In this document: piece after piece, positions 38,114-46,820 of the stretch
How the letters are laid out: each line of letters begins with the position of its first letter
Numbering within the stretch: the first letter of the stretch is position 1
Source: an uncultured bacterium
Lineage (GTDB): Bacteria; Patescibacteriota; Minisyncoccia; UBA6257; 2-01-FULL-56-20
DNA length: 64,000 nt
Direction: 5' to 3'
Assembly: GCA_963696395.1 (NCBI GenBank)
Contig: CAVOJZ010000002.1
Location: 70,433-134,432 of the forward strand
Program-made: the position numbers and the translations under genes
Notes under the pieces: generated by a model
The model's database searches: none
The model's input: only the letters and a program-made list of their open reading frames with translations
What the model was told of the DNA's origin: nothing

Positions 38114-38140
38114 ACGCCGCCATTCGGCAGCGTTTTTTTA
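38114..38140. terminator. Bidirectional rho-independent terminator between convergent genes
   Basis: AAAAAAA-ACGCCGCC-ATTC-GGCAGCGT-TTTTTTT; hairpin flanked by an A-tract and a T-tract, directly after the stop at 38109 and downstream of minus-strand ORF 38146..38586. Confidence 0.65.
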
Positions 38141-38145
38141 TTTTT

Positions 38146-38586
38146 CTATTGGCTGCTGGGACTCGGAGCACCACCTTGAGCACCAAATCCAGCGCCACTC
38201 CCCTGGCGAACCTGAATGGTTTGCGCAGTGAAACTACCGTCGGCATTCTGCGTTCCCGCAACCGTCACCATCGTACCCGTCGTGAGGACGCTCACTGGAA
38301 CAGTCGTTGGTTTTGAAACTGACGTAGAGCTCGAATAGAATACGATCTCAGAACTTCCCGTCGGGAGCTGCACCGTGATACTGCTCGAATCGATAGCCGC
38401 AATCTGGCCTGCAATAAACGTCCCGCTAGCGCCAGTCCGCCCGGAAAATCCGACCCGCGTTGACGATGTGAAACTCCCCTTTCCCGCCGATGTGGCTGAA
38501 ACGGTTGTCTTGCCGTAGTACACGCCACCGATAAACCCGACGATCACAACAATAATCCAAATCACATGAACACCGTATTTTTTCAT
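38146..38586 (-). CDS. Small TM-anchored secreted protein, DUF5666-like beta domain
   Basis: N-terminal TM; IAAIDSSSITVQLPTGSSEIVFYSSSTSVS...VTVAGTQNADGSFTAQTIQV; Gly/Ser-rich tail. Confidence 0.4.
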   Translation of the reverse strand: MKKYGVHVIWIIVVIVGFIGGVYYGKTTVSATSAGKGSFTSSTRVGFSGRTGASGTFIAGQIAAIDSSSITVQLPTGSSEIVFYSSSTSVSKPTTVPVSVLTTGTMVTVAGTQNADGSFTAQTIQVRQGSGAGFGAQGGAPSPSSQ

Positions 38587-38618
38587 ATTTTTTATTTTTT
38601 TTCGACGTTTTATTTTAA

Positions 38619-39890
38619 TTATTCGTATCGCAACGCTTCAATAGGGCTAAGCCCGGCAGCCCGGCGCGCAGGATAATATCCAAAAATAATGCCGATCGCT
38701 GCGGAAACAAAGAATGCGAGGAGAATATATGGTATCGAAACGCTTGTAGTAATCCCCGTGAATAGAGAAATGGCCACGGCGGCGGACCAACCGAGAACAA
38801 TACCGATCAATCCCCCGGTGAAGGTGAGCATGACCGACTCGGCAAGAAACTGCAAGGTGATATCGGTTTTTTTGGCGCCGATGGCCTTTCGCAAACCGAT
38901 TTCGCGGGTGCGCTCGGTAACCGTCGTGAGCATCATATTCATAATGCCAATACCTCCGACAAGAAGAGATATGGCCGCAATTGCGGCAAGGAGCGTGGTA
39001 AAGGTTCCTGTCACGCTCGAGGCGGTTGAAACAATGCTTGCCTGATTAAGAACGGTGAAGTCGGCTTGTGTAGGATTCGTGATGTTGTGGCGCTGCAAAA
39101 GAAGCGTCGTTATGTCGTTCTGAACCTGCGTCATGGAATCTTGGGTTGCGGCTTCTACGTCAATTTCAGTGAGATAAGCACTGCTTCCCAAAAGATAATG
39201 CTGGGCAGTCGCGAGCGGCACATAAATCATGTCGTCCTGGTTACTAAAACCGCTCCCGCCTTTTGCGACAGTAACGCCGACCACGGTGAACTCAACACCT
39301 TTTATCTGAATAGTTTGCCCGATCGCCATATCGGGCGTTGCACTTGCGTTGGCGTTCGGCGCAAAAAGAGCCTGCAACACCGTGGGGCCGATAACCGCAA
39401 TTCGATTTGAATCTGCATTGTCGGTGTCGGTGATAAAGTTTCCCGTATCGATTGCCACGTTACGGACCTGTAAATATGCCGCGGTGGTTCCGAGAACGCT
39501 CGTGTTGGAATTATTCGCCTTGTAAATAACCTGATACCTGCCGCTTATTTCAGGCGCAATGGCGGCAACGTTATTCACTGATGCAATCGCGGCCTCATCG
39601 TCTGGCGTAAGTGTTTGCGAACTGCCGGCAGCTGAACGCACTGTTGTGCCGAACGTCCTGGCGGCACCGGGCGTGACCATGACAAGGTTTGCGCCCAACG
39701 AATCGATGTTTGCCTGAATAGAGGCTTGCGAACCCTGCCCGACGGCAACAAGCGCGATTACGGAGGCGATACCGATAACGATTCCGAGCATCGTGAGCCC
39801 GGATCGTACTTTATTGACGGTTACGGCGCTGTAAGTTTCTTCAAAAAGATCACGTGTTGTCATGGGGTATATTTTTTTCGTTACGCGCAA
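38619..39890 (-). CDS. ABC transporter permease, MacB/FtsX-type with large periplasmic domain
   Basis: TM1, about 220-aa periplasmic domain, then 3 C-terminal TMs with FtsX-like motifs (TREIGLRKAIGAKKTDITLQFLAESV); start probably at MTTRDLF (about 39863). Confidence 0.75.
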   Translation of the reverse strand: MRVTKKIYPMTTRDLFEETYSAVTVNKVRSGLTMLGIVIGIASVIALVAVGQGSQASIQANIDSLGANLVMVTPGAARTFGTTVRSAAGSSQTLTPDDEAAIASVNNVAAIAPEISGRYQVIYKANNSNTSVLGTTAAYLQVRNVAIDTGNFITDTDNADSNRIAVIGPTVLQALFAPNANASATPDMAIGQTIQIKGVEFTVVGVTVAKGGSGFSNQDDMIYVPLATAQHYLLGSSAYLTEIDVEAATQDSMTQVQNDITTLLLQRHNITNPTQADFTVLNQASIVSTASSVTGTFTTLLAAIAAISLLVGGIGIMNMMLTTVTERTREIGLRKAIGAKKTDITLQFLAESVMLTFTGGLIGIVLGWSAAVAISLFTGITTSVSIPYILLAFFVSAAIGIIFGYYPARRAAGLSPIEALRYE

Positions 39891-40590
39891 TCAATTTTTT
39901 ATGATTTTTTTCGTCGGTCACAATATTGCCGTCGCGAATGTGGATAATGCGATCCGCATGCTGGGCAACATACGGCTCGTGCGTGATTAGCACAATTGTT
40001 TTACCGTGTTCCATATTAAGCGATTGGAATGTGTGCAGAACAATCTCTCCGGTCTTTGAATCAAGGTTGCCGGTCGGCTCATCCGCGAGGATGAGCGCCG
40101 GATTGTTCACAAGTGACCGCGCGATGGCGACGCGCTGCATCATTCCTCCCGATATTTGATTTGAGTGATATGACCAAAATGCCTCGGGAAATGCGGCGTC
40201 AGTCAATGCTTTTGCCGCTATAACTTCGCGTTCCTCCTTTGGCATATTGGCATAAATGAGCGGCAACGAAACATTGCGCAAAACGCTGGTGCGTGGAAGC
40301 AAATTAAAAGCCTGAAAGACGAAACCGATTTTTTCGCGGCGGATGTCGGCGAGTTCCTCGTCGGAAAGTTTGGAGACATCTTTGCCGTCCAAAAAGTACT
40401 CGCCGCTCGTCGGGGTATCGAGCGCCCCCAGGATATGCATGAGCGTTGACTTGCCTGACCCGGACGGTCCCATGATGGCAACAAACTCGCCTTCGCGGAT
40501 GGAAAAGGTAATGCCCTTCAAAACAACTACTTCAGTCTCACCGGTTCCATACGCTTTTTTAATATTTTTGCATTCAATAATGTTTTTCAT
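39850..40590 (-). CDS. ABC transporter ATP-binding protein (MacB/LolD-type)
   Basis: Walker A GPSGSGKST, Q-loop, signature ISGGMMQRVAIAR, Walker B ILADEPTGNLD, H-loop ITHE. Confidence 0.9.
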   Translation of the reverse strand: MKNIIECKNIKKAYGTGETEVVVLKGITFSIREGEFVAIMGPSGSGKSTLMHILGALDTPTSGEYFLDGKDVSKLSDEELADIRREKIGFVFQAFNLLPRTSVLRNVSLPLIYANMPKEEREVIAAKALTDAAFPEAFWSYHSNQISGGMMQRVAIARSLVNNPALILADEPTGNLDSKTGEIVLHTFQSLNMEHGKTIVLITHEPYVAQHADRIIHIRDGNIVTDEKNHKKLIARNEKNIPHDNT

Positions 40591-40607
40591 GTGCTGTTAC
40601 CATGGGA

Positions 40608-42443
40608 TCAACCTCCCGGTCGAACAAAGGCTCCGCCACCGCCACCACCACGCGCGGCTCCGGCGCCGCCAAGAAGCTGAAGGGCATTCGAGCCTGTTCC
40701 CGCCGAAGCAGTTGCAGTGGTTGATTTAACGGTCTGCACAATTATCTGGTCGCCGACGTTTACGCCCGAAGTGATTTCGGACATTGTGCTGTTGGTCAAA
40801 CCAACTGTGACCGGAACCTGCTTCGTCGCCGGAAGCACGATGCCCCCTGAACCACTCGACGCAAGATCCGAAGCCGAAAGGGGCGTCGCCGGCTCAAGAA
40901 TGTATGACGAGCCTCCGCTCGTTACGATTGCCGCGTTCGGAACGGCGATGACATTCTGATCTATCGCGGTGACGATATCCGCGGTGACACTCATCCCGGG
41001 CTTCACAAGCATACTGCTCGATGTGTCTGCCGGCTGCGAGAAACTGACTTGGACACCATAGCTCACAACACCCTGACTCACCGTTCCAACCGGATCCACC
41101 TCCACGACCTGACCCGCAAGCGACAGGTTGCTGATCGCATCGAATGTTAGTGTGGCTTTATCGCCCACCGCCACTTTTGCAGCATCAATTTCATTGAGTG
41201 TGACTTGTGCAATTTCTCCGTCGCTCACAATGGTCACGGCATTTGCTCCACCCGTTTCGCCGATCGTTGCCCCGATTGCGGAGACAGTCCCCGCAATCGG
41301 CGCCCGAACCGACGTGTAATCAAGATTTTGCTGTGCGGTGGTCAAAGCATTCTGGGCGCTCTGGACGCTGATCTGCTGGCCGAGCAAGGTTGTCTGCGTA
41401 GGCCCGGCAAGCAATTCGTTTAAAGTTTCGCTCGCCTGTTGGAGAGAATTGTTGGTATTTATGATGTTGTTTTTGTCGGTTGCGATTCCGGTTATTGTGC
41501 CCTGCAAACCCGTTGCTGCACTATTAATACTTGTGGTATATGTGCCAAGATTGTTTTGGAGAGTGTTTATGATTGGAGGGAGTGGATTTGTATCGCTCGC
41601 CGTCGGATACGTGTCTACGATATATGAAAGGAAATCTTTTCCAGCTTTCACGGTATCACTTATGCTTTGGGCAGTATTTAATGTTTCCGTAAATAAGGAA
41701 TCCATAGCCGCAGGACTCTCGGTTGGGTTTGCATTATGGTAATCGGTGAGATTTTGTTGATATACGGCGATCACCGAATCGTATTGAGCCTGCAATGCAT
41801 CTTTATAAGGAACTGTTCCTGCCTGGAGATAGCTGGGCATAAGGCTCACGAAAGCATCGGGGTCTTGTTGTATCTTGCTGATGTCATATCCTTGAACAAA
41901 ATTCTGAAGGCCCGTCATGATCGTCTGAAAATTTGCGAATGTCGAAGCGAGACTATTGAACCCAGCTTGGTAATCCTGGTCGAGCGTTGTCGAGGCGTTA
42001 ACAACTGCCTGCTCACCCGTCGTGACGGCATTTTGTTCCTGTAATAAGGTTGTCGTTGAAATCTGCTGGGTCACCTGGAGTGAGAGCTGAGCCTGCTCAA
42101 GTGAAAGCTGAGCCTGGTTAAGCGCCCGTTGTTCGTTCGTGGAGTCAAGCTGTACGAGCAGCTGTCCGACGCCGACATGCTGGCCGACGGTAACCGGAAT
42201 CGAAACCACCTCTTCCGAAACTTTCGGCGTGAGACTGATCGTTGTCCCAGCCTGCACCTGTCCGGTTCCGGAAACGTCCGCGATTACCGAACCCTGCGCG
42301 GCAGACTGAACGACATATTTGGTTACCGTCGTCGTGGCATGCGCCTTTTGATACCAATAATATCCGCCACCGATAATAACTACGATAATTACAACAGAAA
42401 TAAACTTGTGTGCCCGGGCTGCATTTATTATTTTTTTTATCAT
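40608..42443 (-). CDS. MacA/HlyD-like periplasmic adaptor, extended (611 aa) with Gly-rich C-terminus
   Basis: N-terminal TM; lipoyl motif; very long coiled-coil region; C-terminal GAGAARGGGGGGAFVRPGG. Confidence 0.65.
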   Translation of the reverse strand: MIKKIINAARAHKFISVVIIVVIIGGGYYWYQKAHATTTVTKYVVQSAAQGSVIADVSGTGQVQAGTTISLTPKVSEEVVSIPVTVGQHVGVGQLLVQLDSTNEQRALNQAQLSLEQAQLSLQVTQQISTTTLLQEQNAVTTGEQAVVNASTTLDQDYQAGFNSLASTFANFQTIMTGLQNFVQGYDISKIQQDPDAFVSLMPSYLQAGTVPYKDALQAQYDSVIAVYQQNLTDYHNANPTESPAAMDSLFTETLNTAQSISDTVKAGKDFLSYIVDTYPTASDTNPLPPIINTLQNNLGTYTTSINSAATGLQGTITGIATDKNNIINTNNSLQQASETLNELLAGPTQTTLLGQQISVQSAQNALTTAQQNLDYTSVRAPIAGTVSAIGATIGETGGANAVTIVSDGEIAQVTLNEIDAAKVAVGDKATLTFDAISNLSLAGQVVEVDPVGTVSQGVVSYGVQVSFSQPADTSSSMLVKPGMSVTADIVTAIDQNVIAVPNAAIVTSGGSSYILEPATPLSASDLASSGSGGIVLPATKQVPVTVGLTNSTMSEITSGVNVGDQIIVQTVKSTTATASAGTGSNALQLLGGAGAARGGGGGGAFVRPGG

Positions 42444-42457
42444 GAAATTATTGTTGG

Positions 42458-42952
42458 TTATTTCGACAGGCTGGAAGTTGGCGTTTCGGGTAAAATTGGA
42501 ATCGATGACGACACCGGGAAAATTCTCACAAAATGTGCGCCGATCTGTCCTTCATCGGTGGGCTCCCCAATAACCGCGACTCCATCACCCACCACGATGC
42601 CGTTCGAATCAATGGTCTGGTCCATAAGCCGCACGACGGTTCCGGGAAGAATTTGTACAGACTCTTCGTCATTGTCCGAATCTCTTACAACAATACTTGA
42701 GCTTGCAACATCAACAACCGTTCCAATGATGCCGTGGGTATTGCCGGGCATGCCGCCCACCGCAGCCGGACCGAAACCCGGCGGCGGCCCGCCAAGAAAA
42801 TCGCGGTAATAATTATCACTTCGCCCCGATGCAAAAATCGCCTTTCGATAGCCCACGTATACCCCAAGTGCAAAAACAACAAAAACAACAGCAATGCTGC
42901 CGAGGATAATTAATGCGACATTTATTTTTTTTGAACTTGAAATTTCGCTCAT
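42458..42952 (-). CDS. Small TM-anchored secreted protein, DUF5666-like beta domain
   Basis: N-terminal TM; GIIGTVVDVASSSIVVRDSDNDEESVQILPGTVVRL...GVAVIGEPTDEGQIGAHFVRIFP. Confidence 0.4.
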   Translation of the reverse strand: MSEISSSKKINVALIILGSIAVVFVVFALGVYVGYRKAIFASGRSDNYYRDFLGGPPPGFGPAAVGGMPGNTHGIIGTVVDVASSSIVVRDSDNDEESVQILPGTVVRLMDQTIDSNGIVVGDGVAVIGEPTDEGQIGAHFVRIFPVSSSIPILPETPTSSLSK

Positions 42953-43356
42953 GATCTACTGAGGACATTCGCATCATCGACAAAACCGACGAAAGACCAA
43001 ATAGCAATCACGAGACCGCCTATTGCAAGACCAATGGGAAAAGCCGGAAATGATTCGAGCATTGAAAGTGAAATGTCGGGAAGGTTCCTGGCTGCCATGC
43101 TAAAATCGGAAAAGAAGAGTGCGGCGAATTGAAAAAAGCCGGACTGGCCAAGTTGCGCGCCCGCTGCGGTGGCTTCCATTACGACGACCGTAAGCGATGC
43201 AGCGAACATGGCACCCAATCCGACCAGTTTTCCTAAAAGCACCCGCCGTTCATAGCGAGCGATAGCAAGAAGGGTTTTTTGCGCTAAATCCGCCGGCGGT
43301 TGCGGATCGTGGAGCTTCGAAAACAGCTTTCGGTAATGTTTGGAATCATACTTCAT
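42949..43356 (-). CDS. Small membrane protein immediately downstream of ECF sigma (putative anti-sigma factor)
   Basis: Cytoplasmic N-terminus, 2-3 TM helices; stop of sigma gene and start of this gene separated by about 45 nt. Confidence 0.35.
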   Translation of the reverse strand: MKYDSKHYRKLFSKLHDPQPPADLAQKTLLAIARYERRVLLGKLVGLGAMFAASLTVVVMEATAAGAQLGQSGFFQFAALFFSDFSMAARNLPDISLSMLESFPAFPIGLAIGGLVIAIWSFVGFVDDANVLSRS

Positions 43357-43402
43357 TGCCTATGCCCCTATTACGAACCTAGCGGGGTTTTAGGTGCAAA
43401 AA

Positions 43403-44041
43403 TCATGCAAAATCCGCCAATTCCTGCGGAATCAGCTTTCGCAACTGCATAAGCCCCCTGCGGTGCTTACTTTTTACGGTATCGATCGGCTCCGCAAGAA
43501 CATCGGCAATCTCCCTGAACTTGAGGTGCTCGGTATAGCGAAGTGTTAATACCACGCGGTATGGAATGGGTAGCTGCCCGACCGCGGCATCCAGTTTTTG
43601 AGTGGTACTCTTCCGGTCGAACATCGCATCCGAAAATTCAGGCGCATCGACATGTGGCGCGAGAAAGGCATCGAGGTCGGTCGCATCCGCTTCGATCCTG
43701 GAAAATAAAATCGGCTTCTTCTTCTTTATGAAATCAAGCGAGGCATTTTTTGCTATTGCAAGAACCCACGTTTTGAAACTGCGTGTTCGATCAAACTTTT
43801 TCATATTTTTCCACGCACGGATGAACGTCTCCTGCGCCACATCGCTCGTGTCGTCGGAGTTTTGAAGATAACGATAGACGAACCGATACACCATCGGCAA
43901 ATGGCGGTCAAGGAGAATAGCAAATCCGCCGTCATTTCCCGAAAGAAACGATTCAATAAGCTCAATATCGTCCTGCTCGGATGTACCAGCGTCCAGTTTA
44001 CCCGGAAACGGAAGCGCTGAACCATTGCTTAAATAATCCAT
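43403..44041 (-). CDS. RNA polymerase sigma-70 family ECF sigma factor
   Basis: Region 2 (DTSDVAQETFIRAWKNMKKFD...FKTWVLAIAKNASLDFIKKK) and region 4 (FREIADVLAEPIDTVKSKHRRGLMQLRK). Confidence 0.85.
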   Translation of the reverse strand: MDYLSNGSALPFPGKLDAGTSEQDDIELIESFLSGNDGGFAILLDRHLPMVYRFVYRYLQNSDDTSDVAQETFIRAWKNMKKFDRTRSFKTWVLAIAKNASLDFIKKKKPILFSRIEADATDLDAFLAPHVDAPEFSDAMFDRKSTTQKLDAAVGQLPIPYRVVLTLRYTEHLKFREIADVLAEPIDTVKSKHRRGLMQLRKLIPQELADFA

Positions 44042-44058
44042 TGATTTGATTATATCAT

Positions 44059-44652
44059 TTAGCGCTCATAGAGACCAACATAATCGGTCTGCTCGATAAG
44101 ATTCTGGTCAATGCGCGTTTGGATTTCGCCAAGCGCGGCGGTCGGCTGCAAGTCCAGCTTGTCGCTCAACGCGTACAGCTGGAAATGGTAATGATGCACT
44201 CCCGACGGCGGACACGGACCCATGTAACCGATACGTCCAGCACTGTTGCGCCCTTCGACGGCGTTCTGCGGAACACTCTCTTCTTTTATCACGCTTGTTT
44301 GCGGCTCGATATTCCAAACCACCCAATGCGTAAAACCCCCCTGCATCGGAGCGTCTGGATCATGCATGACAAGCGCTAGACTCTTGGTACCGGCCGGCAC
44401 ATTTTGAATCAGAAGCTCCGGGTTGAAATCGCCGCCGTCACATGCATATTTTTTCGGTATCTTTCCTTCGTTATCAAATGCGGGACTCGTGAGGATCATG
44501 CCTACTATTACAACAAATATTTGACTATTTATCAAAATAAAAAACGGGCTGCCATGATTGCTCACAACGCCCGTTTTGTCCGGCCGACGATCAGGAACAG
44601 AAACATTTCCTGAAGGCTGCGAATTCGAATGGCTTTTGAAGAACTTCCGCAA
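44059..44652 (-). CDS. PEBP/YbhB-YbcL family (Raf-kinase-inhibitor-like) protein
   Basis: LALVMHDPDAP...GGFTHWVVWNI...GYMGPCPPSGVHHYHFQLYAL. Probable start at the internal MILTSPAF (about 44499), which removes the overlap with the response-regulator gene. Confidence 0.7.
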   Translation of the reverse strand: MRKFFKSHSNSQPSGNVSVPDRRPDKTGVVSNHGSPFFILINSQIFVVIVGMILTSPAFDNEGKIPKKYACDGGDFNPELLIQNVPAGTKSLALVMHDPDAPMQGGFTHWVVWNIEPQTSVIKEESVPQNAVEGRNSAGRIGYMGPCPPSGVHHYHFQLYALSDKLDLQPTAALGEIQTRIDQNLIEQTDYVGLYER

Positions 44653-44959
44653 AGAGTCCCACGAGAGACCGGGCGGCTTCGGCGCCAGCCTGATTGCCCG
44701 TCATGAGGACAATCTTTCTTGGACCTTCCGCACTGGTCAAATCCGTTCTCAATTTCCTCGCGAGTTCTATACCCGACATATATGGCATCTCAAGATCCGT
44801 AAAGAGCAGGTCGAAGTGTTTAAGATGGCACATATCGACCGCTGAATTCGGACTGTCGGCTGTCATAACTTTGTGTCCGAGCGACTCAGCCAAATGCGCG
44901 ACCGATTGACGGACGCTTTCGTCGTCGTCCACAACCAAAACCTCAAGCACCTGCTTCAT
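44591..44959 (-). CDS. Stand-alone response-regulator receiver (CheY-like REC) protein
   Basis: VLVVDDDESVRQSVAHL...DLLFTDLEMPYMSGIELARKLR...KIVLMTG: Asp pocket, phospho-acceptor D, conserved T and K. Confidence 0.7.
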   Translation of the reverse strand: MKQVLEVLVVDDDESVRQSVAHLAESLGHKVMTADSPNSAVDMCHLKHFDLLFTDLEMPYMSGIELARKLRTDLTSAEGPRKIVLMTGNQAGAEAARSLVGLFAEVLQKPFEFAAFRKCFCS

Positions 44960-45039
44960 ATGATGGATCCCTCAAATCGAATTCCTACCCACAACCTCGA
45001 AAAAGACTATTTGCAGTATATCAGAATAAAAACGCATTG

Positions 45040-45396
45040 TCAACTAGCCAGAAATTCCTTATACTCCTTTGCCAAGAACGCCTTCATTTCCCCGCGCGGT
45101 TTCGTCACGCCGGGATAACGCCAGGCGCTGATCACCTTCCTTTCTTTCGGCGCATCCTGGAACATCACCCAGATTTCCTGCGTCCAGGTTTTCGATGTTT
45201 TCATGGACGCCGGCTGCATCATGGCTACCGTATTCGGCGCGATGCCCTCTTCAACTCTTTTCGGAGCGTTCAAAACCCTCCGCACGCGGGCGGCACTCAA
45301 CCGATAATAATCCATTTTGCCCCGCGCATGACTCGTCCAATGGAGGGGTTTCAGCTTATCGAATAATGGCATGTAGTTATTATATAGCGTTACCAA
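45040..45396 (-). CDS. Hypothetical protein (weak DUF4258-like toxin resemblance)
   Basis: LHWTSHARGKMDYYRLSAARVRRVLN..EEG loosely fits the DUF4258 pattern H-A-x-x-R-x-x-x-R-x-I-S; the assignment is tentative. Confidence 0.3.
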   Translation of the reverse strand: MVTLYNNYMPLFDKLKPLHWTSHARGKMDYYRLSAARVRRVLNAPKRVEEGIAPNTVAMMQPASMKTSKTWTQEIWVMFQDAPKERKVISAWRYPGVTKPRGEMKAFLAKEYKEFLAS

Positions 45397-45441
45397 AAAG
45401 AAAAGCCGGACAATATTGTCCGGCTTCGGGCAGACACCTTA

Positions 45442-45729
45442 TTACGTGCGAGACATAGAACACTCCGGCGCCACTTTCCGGTTCGGATCAAATTTCTCCA
45501 GAAGCAGTTGGTTCAAACTACTGCCCGCAAAGAACCATATTGCGGCCGACGCGAGAACGATCAAAATGATGGCGACTTCGTGAGCCAAAATGGATGCGGG
45601 GCCATGTACCATAAAGAGTTCTCCCGCACTCTCGCTTAAAAGATACCAAAAGCAGACAGCAGCAATAAAACCCAAAATTACAGAACAGATCCGGCAACTA
45701 ATCACAAACGAACGCCGCGGCTTTCGCAT
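45442..45729 (-). CDS. Small membrane protein (2-3 TM), hypothetical
   Basis: Hydrophobic segments ICSVILGFIAAVCFWYLL and AIILIVLASAAIWFFA. Confidence 0.3.
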   Translation of the reverse strand: MRKPRRSFVISCRICSVILGFIAAVCFWYLLSESAGELFMVHGPASILAHEVAIILIVLASAAIWFFAGSSLNQLLLEKFDPNRKVAPECSMSRT

Positions 45730-45801
45730 TATCGCCTCCCAGAATTTGTCGCTAAAAATATTATATCAGAATAACCAAAAAATGCAAACCTAGCCTGCCG
45801 C

Positions 45802-46773
45802 TTACCGCGCAATCATCTTCTTGAACTCCTCCACCATCGGCACTTGCTCCGGATCAACCGTATAAAGTTTGGCGCTGTAGAAAGCGGTCCAATCGGCGAG
45901 GTTAAGCGCATTGAAAATCTTCTGGATTTCATTCTTGCCCTGCATTAGCACGATCTCCGTCTTAAATCCGCGATCGCGGAACAATTTTTCCATCACATTC
46001 ATGCGTTTGATAATCCGCCGATCGTCTTCGGCATCTTTTAGAAAAAGGAAGTGGAAGTGGCGGGAAAGCGGCGTCGTTTTACCTTTCGCATCAAAACCCG
46101 TCATTTCGTTATGGTTCATTTCTGGAACAACATTCCAAAAGGCGGGCACTTTCCCTGTTTCGTTAAAATTTATCTTCCAATTTGCGGCGATTGCGGAATT
46201 GCGGACGGACGCATATACAATGGGAATGCTTCCGTGCAACCGCTTGGCAAGATCCCGCCCGCGCAATTCTTCGCGTGAAGGATGAAGGAGCGTCGCAAGC
46301 GTTTTGGCTTCCGCGAGCCATGCCCGTTCGCCCATGAGTGCAAGAATCGCCATCAAACTCAAACCGGTGGCCATGCGTGGCTGCATATGAAAATCCGGCA
46401 GCTGAACATACGGGACCTTAAGCGATTGCGCGAGCTTGATCAGTTTTCCCCGGGCAGCCACGACGGCAAAATTCAATTTTTTCGCCTTGGCAACATTCAG
46501 AGCGTCGATTGTCTCTTCGGTGTTGCCGGAATATGAACTCAAAATAATCAAGCGGTCTTTAATATCTTTTTCATGAAGCTTCGGCAAACCGTAATTATGC
46601 CAAACTAAAAGATCGAGCTCTGGATGCCAGGCCTTCAAAATATCCGCGGCCAAATGGGAACCGCCCATGCCGGAAACGACAAATTTACCGAATTTCTTCA
46701 GTTTATTGGCGTTCTCCACCATCGGTTCATACTCGAACTGCTTGGCGTAATTTTTGATATCTTCGGGAAGCAT
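45802..46773 (-). CDS. SIS-domain bifunctional phosphoglucose/phosphomannose isomerase (archaeal-type PGI/PMI)
   Basis: FVVSGMGGSHLAADIL ... SYSGNTEETIDAL; two SIS-like halves; about 320 aa. Confidence 0.65.
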   Translation of the reverse strand: MLPEDIKNYAKQFEYEPMVENANKLKKFGKFVVSGMGGSHLAADILKAWHPELDLLVWHNYGLPKLHEKDIKDRLIILSSYSGNTEETIDALNVAKAKKLNFAVVAARGKLIKLAQSLKVPYVQLPDFHMQPRMATGLSLMAILALMGERAWLAEAKTLATLLHPSREELRGRDLAKRLHGSIPIVYASVRNSAIAANWKINFNETGKVPAFWNVVPEMNHNEMTGFDAKGKTTPLSRHFHFLFLKDAEDDRRIIKRMNVMEKLFRDRGFKTEIVLMQGKNEIQKIFNALNLADWTAFYSAKLYTVDPEQVPMVEEFKKMIAR

Positions 46774-46820
46774 ACTATCTATTATACGCCATGCTTTGAA
46801 ATTCTCGGTGCACAGGCCCG

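Noticed and set aside
44059-44652. 62-nt overlap between the PEBP-family ORF and the REC gene
   Set aside because: The overlap disappears if the PEBP gene starts at the internal Met (MILTSPAF, about 44499), which also removes a non-conserved N-terminal extension. This is not treated as a genuine overlapping-gene finding.
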